NCBI GenBank assembly: GCA_003564655.1 | Contig: PXES01000334.1 | Location: forward strand, 1 to 33,290 | From: Paracoccaceae bacterium | GTDB lineage: Bacteria > Pseudomonadota > Alphaproteobacteria > Rhodobacterales > Rhodobacteraceae | Direction: 5' to 3' | Length of the DNA: 33,290 nucleotides | Part shown: piece after piece, positions 27,710 to 33,290 of the stretch | How positions within the stretch are numbered: the first letter of the stretch is position 1 | How the letters are laid out: the number at the start of each line of letters is the position of its first letter | Translations under genes and position numbers: made by a program | The notes under the pieces: model-generated | Databases searched by the model: none | What the model was told of the DNA's origin: nothing | Seen by the model: only the letters and a program-made list of their open reading frames with translations

Positions 27710-28469
27710 GATCTCTCCGATATCACAGGCACCTTCGGTTCTAGTGCAGGGCAAGCGCGCTGTGACGGCGGCGGCTGCCTTCGCGCTGCCAGTGACAAGA
27801 AGCCGTCCCGTTCTGCGGGTCCGTCAGTCGCGCAAGCGCCGCTCTTCCGGCAAGGTAAGGGGTGCAGGAAAATGCAGTCTGTCACGCTGGCACCCCGATC
27901 TGGCGTGCCATCCCTGCGCGTGGGGCCGCGCTACATACCGCCTGTCATCCGCCGCCGCGGCCCCAACAAGGCAGCAGACCGCACGTCATAGACAGGCGGA
28001 ATCAGACGCGCCCGCCCGCCGCTCATACCGCGGCAGCGACCACCGATGCGCCGGTCGCACAGGCCGACGCGCCACGACGTCCATCCGACAGGGACGCGCC
28101 AGAACAAGCACGATCACATGCGGCCTGCGGGCAAAGTGAAGCGCCCGGCGGGAGTCCCGGTGCGGTCATTCGTGACCTTGCCCAGGCAGGCCGGCCACCC
28201 GGCCCGCACATGCCTGACACGCCCCTCGTGCCGATGCGCACAGCGCACCGGCGGCGCGCGCGCGCTGGTCATAGGTGGGCGGACGCTTCTCGCGGGGGCT
28301 GCGCGGGCCGCAAGTCGTCCGCCGGGAAGAGCCGGCTGCACTGCGGCCGGGCGGTCCACGAAAAAGGGATACAATCACCGCCCCTGCGGCCCGTATTCAT
28401 GCAGCAAGGCGACCCTGAGCGAACGCCCCGCAGGACACCATCGCCCAGCAGGCCGGGCTGCGCCCCGCA

Positions 28470-28498
28470 TTGACATTCCCCGACCCTCTCACACATGT
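28470..28498 (+). promoter_or_regulatory. Putative sigma70 promoter of topA
   Basis: Consensus TTGACA at 28470 followed after 16-17 nt by CACATGT; GAGGA SD just before the ATG at 28546. Confidence 0.5.
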
Positions 28499-28545
28499 AG
28501 GGCCAGCCGCGCCCCGCCGCGCGTGCCCGTTTTTCGAGGAATTAC

Positions 28546-31197
28546 ATGGCTGTCGTTGTTGTCGAATCCCCCGCCAAGGCCAAGACCATCAACAAGTATC
28601 TCGGCTCGGATCACACGGTCCTTGCCTCTTACGGCCATGTTCGCGACCTGCCGCCCAAGGATGGCTCGGTCGATCCCGAACGCGATTTCGACATGACATG
28701 GGAGGTCGCCAGCGACTCGCGCAAGCATGTCCGCGCCATTGCAGAGGCGCTGAAGAACGATCCCGAACTGATCCTCGCCACCGACCCCGACCGCGAGGGC
28801 GAGGCGATTTCCTGGCACCTGACCGAGGCCCTGGCCAAATCGCGCGCGCTGAAGAAGGATACTCCCGTGCGCCGCGTTGTCTTCAACGCGATCACGAAAT
28901 CCGCCGTGACCGAAGCGATGGAGAACCCGCGCGAGATCGACATGCCGCTGGTGCGCGCCTATCTCGCGCGTCGCGCGCTGGATTATCTGGTGGGGTTCAA
29001 CCTGTCGCCCGTGCTGTGGCGCAAGCTGCCAGGGGCAAAGTCGGCGGGGCGGGTGCAGTCGGTCTGCCTGCGCCTGATCGTCGAGCGCGAGATGGAGATA
29101 GAGGCGTTTCGCCCGCAGGAATACTGGAGCGTCAGCGCAAGCCTCGCCACGCCGCGCGGGGCGAAATTCGACGCGCGTCTGACGGTGCTGGGCGGCAGCA
29201 AGCTCGATCGGTTCGACCTTGCCACCGCCGTCGATGCCGAAATGGCCGTGCAGGCCATCCGCTCGCGCGATCTGACCGTCACCTCGGTCGAGGCCAAGCC
29301 CGCCAGCCGCAACCCCTCGGCCCCGTTCATGACCTCGACCCTGCAGCAAGAGGCCAGCCGCAAATTCGGCATGGGCGCGAAACACTGCATGAGCACTGCG
29401 CAGCGGCTCTATGAGGCGGGCTATATCACCTATATGCGGACTGACGGCATCGACATGGCGCCCGAGGCGGTGATGGCCGCGCGCGATGTGATCAAGGATC
29501 GCTACGGTGCGGACTACGTCCCCAAAAGCCCGCGCATGTACAAGAACAAGGCCAAGAACGCGCAGGAAGCGCATGAATGTATCCGCCCCACCGACATGGG
29601 GCTGAGCCCCGACCGGCTGAAGGTCACGGACAGCGATCAGCGCAAGCTTTACGATCTGATCTGGAAGCGCACCATCGCCGGCCAGATGGAGGCCGCGCGA
29701 CTGGAGCGCACCACCGTCGAGATCGGGTCCAGCGACCGGCAGGTGGGCTTGCGCGCGACGGGGCAGGTGGTGCTTTTCGACGGTTTCCTCAAGGTCTATG
29801 AGGAGGGGCGCGACGATGTGGTCGAGGATGACGACAAACGCCTGCCGCAGATCAGCGAAGGCGACACGGTCCGGAAGGCGGATGCCGCTGCCGGGCGCCA
29901 GCCTGCCGATGCTGATGGCGAGCTGTCGGGGAAAGGCTTCGGGACCCCGCCCGTCACCCCCGAGCAGCACTTCACCCAGCCGCCCCCGCGCTACACCGAG
30001 GCGACGCTGGTCAAGAAGATGGAAGAGCTGGGCATCGGCCGCCCCTCGACCTATGCCAGCATCGTCACGACAATTCAGGATCGCGGCTATGTCACAAAGG
30101 ACAAGAACCGCCTGATCGCCGCCGACAAGGGGCGGCTCGTGACGATCTTTCTGGTCAATTATTTCCGCCGCTATCTGGAATATGATTTCACCGCCGATCT
30201 GGAAAGCCAGCTTGACGATGTCTCGGCGGGCGAGCGCGACTACAGGGAGGTGCTGTCGCGCTTCTGGCATGATTTCTCGGCGGCCATTGCCGAGACGGCG
30301 GAACTGCGCATCACCGAGGTTCTGGAAAAGATCGATGAGGTGCTCGCCCCCCATCTCTACCCCCCGCGCGAGGATGGCAGCGACCCGCGCGTCTGCCCCA
30401 AATGCGGGGTCGGGCGGCTGAACCTGAAGACCGCGCGTTCGGGTGGAGCGTTCATCGGCTGCAACAATTATCCCGATTGTCGTTACACGCGCCCGCTGGG
30501 CGGGGATGAGGGCGACGCCGAGCTTGCTGGCGACGGCAAGTTGCTGGGCCATGATGCCGGCGACCCGATCACCCTGCGCACTGGCCGCTTCGGACCCTAT
30601 GTCCAGCGCGGTGAGGCGACGGAAGAGGTGCCCAAGCCGCCCCGTGCCTCGCTGCCCAAGGGCTGGGAGGGGGAGAGCATCGACCTCGAGCGCGCGCTTA
30701 TGCTCTTGTCGCTGCCACGCCCGGTCGGCCCGCACCCCGAGGATGGCGAGCTGATCGAGGCCGGGATCGGGCGGTATGGGCCTTACGTCAAGCACGGCAG
30801 GAAATATGCCAATCTGCCCGAGGTCGACGACGTGTTCACCATCGGCATGAACCGCGCGGTCGAGACGCTGGCCGCCAAGACCCAGCGCGGGCGTGCGGCA
30901 GCAGAGCCGCTGCGCGTGCTGGGCGCGCACCCCGATGGTGGAGAGGTGCAGGTGATGAAGGGGCGCTACGGCCCTTATGTGAAGTGGGACAAGGTGAACG
31001 CGACCCTTCCCAAGGACCTCGCGCCCGAGGAGGTCACGCTCGAACAGGCCATAGAGTTGGTCAACGCCAAGGCCGGTGCAAAGGGCAAGCGCAAGGCGCC
31101 TGCGAAGTCGGGCGCCAAGACAGCGTCCAAGGCGAAGACGGCAACCAAGGCCAAGTCCGGCAAAAAAGCGGCCGCGCGCAAGACAACGGCGCAGTAG
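28546..31197 (+). CDS. topA: DNA topoisomerase I
   Basis: [36 protein letters not shown] (catalytic Tyr), GIGRPSTYA, one C4 zinc finger, GRY/FGPY repeats, Lys/Ala-rich tail. Confidence 0.98.
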   Translation: MAVVVVESPAKAKTINKYLGSDHTVLASYGHVRDLPPKDGSVDPERDFDMTWEVASDSRKHVRAIAEALKNDPELILATDPDREGEAISWHLTEALAKSRALKKDTPVRRVVFNAITKSAVTEAMENPREIDMPLVRAYLARRALDYLVGFNLSPVLWRKLPGAKSAGRVQSVCLRLIVEREMEIEAFRPQEYWSVSASLATPRGAKFDARLTVLGGSKLDRFDLATAVDAEMAVQAIRSRDLTVTSVEAKPASRNPSAPFMTSTLQQEASRKFGMGAKHCMSTAQRLYEAGYITYMRTDGIDMAPEAVMAARDVIKDRYGADYVPKSPRMYKNKAKNAQEAHECIRPTDMGLSPDRLKVTDSDQRKLYDLIWKRTIAGQMEAARLERTTVEIGSSDRQVGLRATGQVVLFDGFLKVYEEGRDDVVEDDDKRLPQISEGDTVRKADAAAGRQPADADGELSGKGFGTPPVTPEQHFTQPPPRYTEATLVKKMEELGIGRPSTYASIVTTIQDRGYVTKDKNRLIAADKGRLVTIFLVNYFRRYLEYDFTADLESQLDDVSAGERDYREVLSRFWHDFSAAIAETAELRITEVLEKIDEVLAPHLYPPREDGSDPRVCPKCGVGRLNLKTARSGGAFIGCNNYPDCRYTRPLGGDEGDAELAGDGKLLGHDAGDPITLRTGRFGPYVQRGEATEEVPKPPRASLPKGWEGESIDLERALMLLSLPRPVGPHPEDGELIEAGIGRYGPYVKHGRKYANLPEVDDVFTIGMNRAVETLAAKTQRGRAAAEPLRVLGAHPDGGEVQVMKGRYGPYVKWDKVNATLPKDLAPEEVTLEQAIELVNAKAGAKGKRKAPAKSGAKTASKAKTATKAKSGKKAAARKTTAQ

Positions 31198-31333
31198 CGG
31201 AGTTCGGGCGGGACGTCAGCGCGCAAGACCGCGAAGGTTTCAACACAGGCGCCACGCTGTTGACTTCACACCGCCGTCTCGGCAACAGTCACGCGACGCT
31301 GGAATACAGATGTGCACCAAGAAGGAATTGGCG

Positions 31334-32029
31334 ATGCAAAAGGTCTATGGCTCTGCGGCAGAAGCGCTCGACGGGCTGCTGTTCGACGGCATGACCATCG
31401 CTGCGGGCGGCTTCGGGCTGTGTGGCATCCCCGAATTGCTGATCGACGCGATTCGCGAGGCCGGGACGAAGGATATCGCGATTGCCTCGAATAATTGCGG
31501 GGGGGATGATTTCGGGCTGGGCGTGCTGCTCAAGACCCGGCAGATCCGCAAGATGATGTCCTCCTATGTCGGCGAGAACGCGGAATTCATGCGCCAGTAT
31601 CTGAGCGGCGAGCTGGAGCTGGAATTCAACCCGCAGGGCACGCTGGCCGAACGGATGCGCGCGGGCGGGGCGGGGATCCCGGGGTTCTACACACGCACCG
31701 GCGTGGGTACCGTCATCGCCGAGGGCAAGGAGCACAAGGAATTCGACGGCGAGACCTTTATCCTCGAGCGCGCCATCGCCGCGGATCTGTCCATCGTCAA
31801 GGCCTGGAAGGCCGACACCACCGGGAACGCGATCTTCCGCAAGACCGCGCGCAACTTCAATCCGCCTGCCGCCAAGTGCGGCAAGGTCTGCGTGCTCGAG
31901 GTCGAGGAGATCGTGCAGCCGGGCGAGCTGGATCCCGACCACATCCACCTGCCAGGGATCTATGTGCATCGCATGATCCAGGGGCAGCACGAGAAGCGGA
32001 TCGAACAGCGCACGACCAGGGCAGCCTGA
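31334..32029 (+). CDS. scoA: 3-oxoacid CoA-transferase subunit A
   Basis: [42 protein letters not shown]; AAGGA SD and ATG at 31334. Confidence 0.94.
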   Translation: MQKVYGSAAEALDGLLFDGMTIAAGGFGLCGIPELLIDAIREAGTKDIAIASNNCGGDDFGLGVLLKTRQIRKMMSSYVGENAEFMRQYLSGELELEFNPQGTLAERMRAGGAGIPGFYTRTGVGTVIAEGKEHKEFDGETFILERAIAADLSIVKAWKADTTGNAIFRKTARNFNPPAAKCGKVCVLEVEEIVQPGELDPDHIHLPGIYVHRMIQGQHEKRIEQRTTRAA

Positions 32030-32039
32030 GGCAGGGCGG

Positions 32040-33074
32040 ATGGAAGGCACTTCATTTTCCGTCGCACTTGGCTCAAACGAGGCGTTCTCGGCGTTCTCGC
32101 GGCTGAGCATCGCGGTTTTGCTGACCGACCCGCGCCAGCCCGACAATCCGATCATCTATGTCAATGACGCCTTCGAGCGGATGACCGGCTACAGCCGCGC
32201 TGCAGCCATCGGAAACAACTGCCGCTTCCTGCAGGGCGAGGGCACCGACAAGCGCGATGTCGATGCTGTCCGAACGGCGGTTGCCGAAGGGCGCGATGTT
32301 TCGGTCGATATTCTGAATTACCGCGCCAATGGATCGCCCTTCGTGAACCGGCTGATCATCGCCCCGATCAAGGGCGAGGATGGCACGACGATGTTCTTTC
32401 TCGGCATCCAGAAGGAACTGGTCGAGAGCGACCGCGGCGCCGACAATCAGATCTCGACCGACAATCTGCGGCTGATCCAGCGACTGGTGCAGCGCGACCT
32501 GGCGATGATCCTGTCGAGCCTGCGTGCCCCCAGCACCGATCAGACGCCCGTGCAACTGGGCCGCGAGATGGAGGCGCTGCCGCGTCGGCTGGAAACGCTG
32601 CAGACCGTGTATGAAGAGATGCGCCAGGCGCGGCGGGTGTCGGACAAGCGTGACACGATCGATCTCGGCGCGTTGCTCGCGCGTGTCTCGGCCGCGATCG
32701 TGCACAATCATGGGCGTGCCGGGCTGCGTTTTGCGCAGTCGATCGAGACGGTCGAGGTCACGCTGGACCGCGCGACGCGCATCGCACTGATCGTTTCCGA
32801 GACATTGCAGAACGCGTTCGAACATGCCTTCGGGCACGAGGATTTCGGGCGGATCGAGTTGAACCTCACCCGGCTGACGGGGGGCGGCATGCGGATCATG
32901 ATCGGCGATGACGGCCGGGGCCTCGCGGGCAACGAGGAATGGCCGTCGACCACTCATGCGGGTGGGCGGCTGGTGCGCAACCTGCTCGAAGGGCTCGACG
33001 CGAAACTGAATGTGGTGCGCGGCGCCGCCGGTGTGGTGGTGCTGATCGACGTGCCGGTAGAGCTGGACGACTAG
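32040..33074 (+). CDS. LOV-domain blue-light sensor fused to a HisKA_2/HWE-like kinase module with a degenerate H-box
   Basis: [39 protein letters not shown]; HATPase N-box [11 protein letters not shown] and G1 DDGRG. Confidence 0.9.
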   Translation: MEGTSFSVALGSNEAFSAFSRLSIAVLLTDPRQPDNPIIYVNDAFERMTGYSRAAAIGNNCRFLQGEGTDKRDVDAVRTAVAEGRDVSVDILNYRANGSPFVNRLIIAPIKGEDGTTMFFLGIQKELVESDRGADNQISTDNLRLIQRLVQRDLAMILSSLRAPSTDQTPVQLGREMEALPRRLETLQTVYEEMRQARRVSDKRDTIDLGALLARVSAAIVHNHGRAGLRFAQSIETVEVTLDRATRIALIVSETLQNAFEHAFGHEDFGRIELNLTRLTGGGMRIMIGDDGRGLAGNEEWPSTTHAGGRLVRNLLEGLDAKLNVVRGAAGVVVLIDVPVELDD

Positions 33075-33111
33075 GCGACTGTTCGGGTCGCAGGACGAAG
33101 GAGAGTGTCGA

Positions 33112-33290
33112 ATGCCTTGGGACCGCAACCAGATGGCCGCGCGCGCCGCGCAGGAGCTTCAGGACGGAATGTATGTCAATCTCGGCATCGGTATCCCGAC
33201 CCTGGTGGCCAATTACATTCCGGAAGGCGTGCAGGTGACGCTGCAGTCCGAGAACGGGATGCTGGGCATCGGCCCCTTCCCGACCGAGAA
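33112..33290 (+). CDS. scoB: 3-oxoacid CoA-transferase subunit B, 3'-truncated by the window edge
   Basis: Translated by hand: [57 protein letters not shown]; SENG catalytic Glu; AAGGAG SD. Confidence 0.94.
   Translation, partial: MPWDRNQMAARAAQELQDGMYVNLGIGIPTLVANYIPEGVQVTLQSENGMLGIGPFPTE

Noticed and set aside
27744-28696. ORFs 27744-28139, 27862-28473 and 28046-28696 in the dprA-topA gap
   Set aside because: Arg/Ala/Pro-rich translations typical of non-coding GC-rich DNA, mutually overlapping, with no SD or domain; not called as CDS.

Overview
High-GC alphaproteobacterial chromosomal window, Rhodobacteraceae-like by gene content and order (inference). It is mostly core genome. Left part: end of atpF, a LysR regulator, an S49 peptidase/small protein/Ca-Na antiporter/SDR run, uvrC-cobB, rmuC, ftsEX-plsC and a zinc-ribbon protein. 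Middle: yhhQ-arfB-NUDIX-pit, then the aa3 oxidase cluster (coxB-cyoE-ctaG-ctaE-surf1) running into thrC, an M16 peptidase and a RimJ-type GNAT. Right part: tldD, dprA, topA and scoA-[LOV sensor]-scoB. I found no mobile element, CRISPR array, tRNA or rRNA. The most interesting signals are non-coding or atypical. (1) A promoter + 18-codon leader ORF + alternative RNA helices + terminator directly before arfB, shaped like a ribosome-sensing attenuator. (2) A compact preQ1-I-like pseudoknot covering the probable RBS of the queuosine-precursor transporter yhhQ. (3) An AT-rich region before uvrC with a DnaA box and four GANTC sites that resembles oriC. (4) A LOV sensor kinase-like protein lacking its phospho-acceptor His, lying between scoA and scoB. 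(5) A DprA with a very long disordered linker, followed by an unexplained hairpin-rich 0.8-kb spacer. All structures were read by eye; no folding or database search was run.
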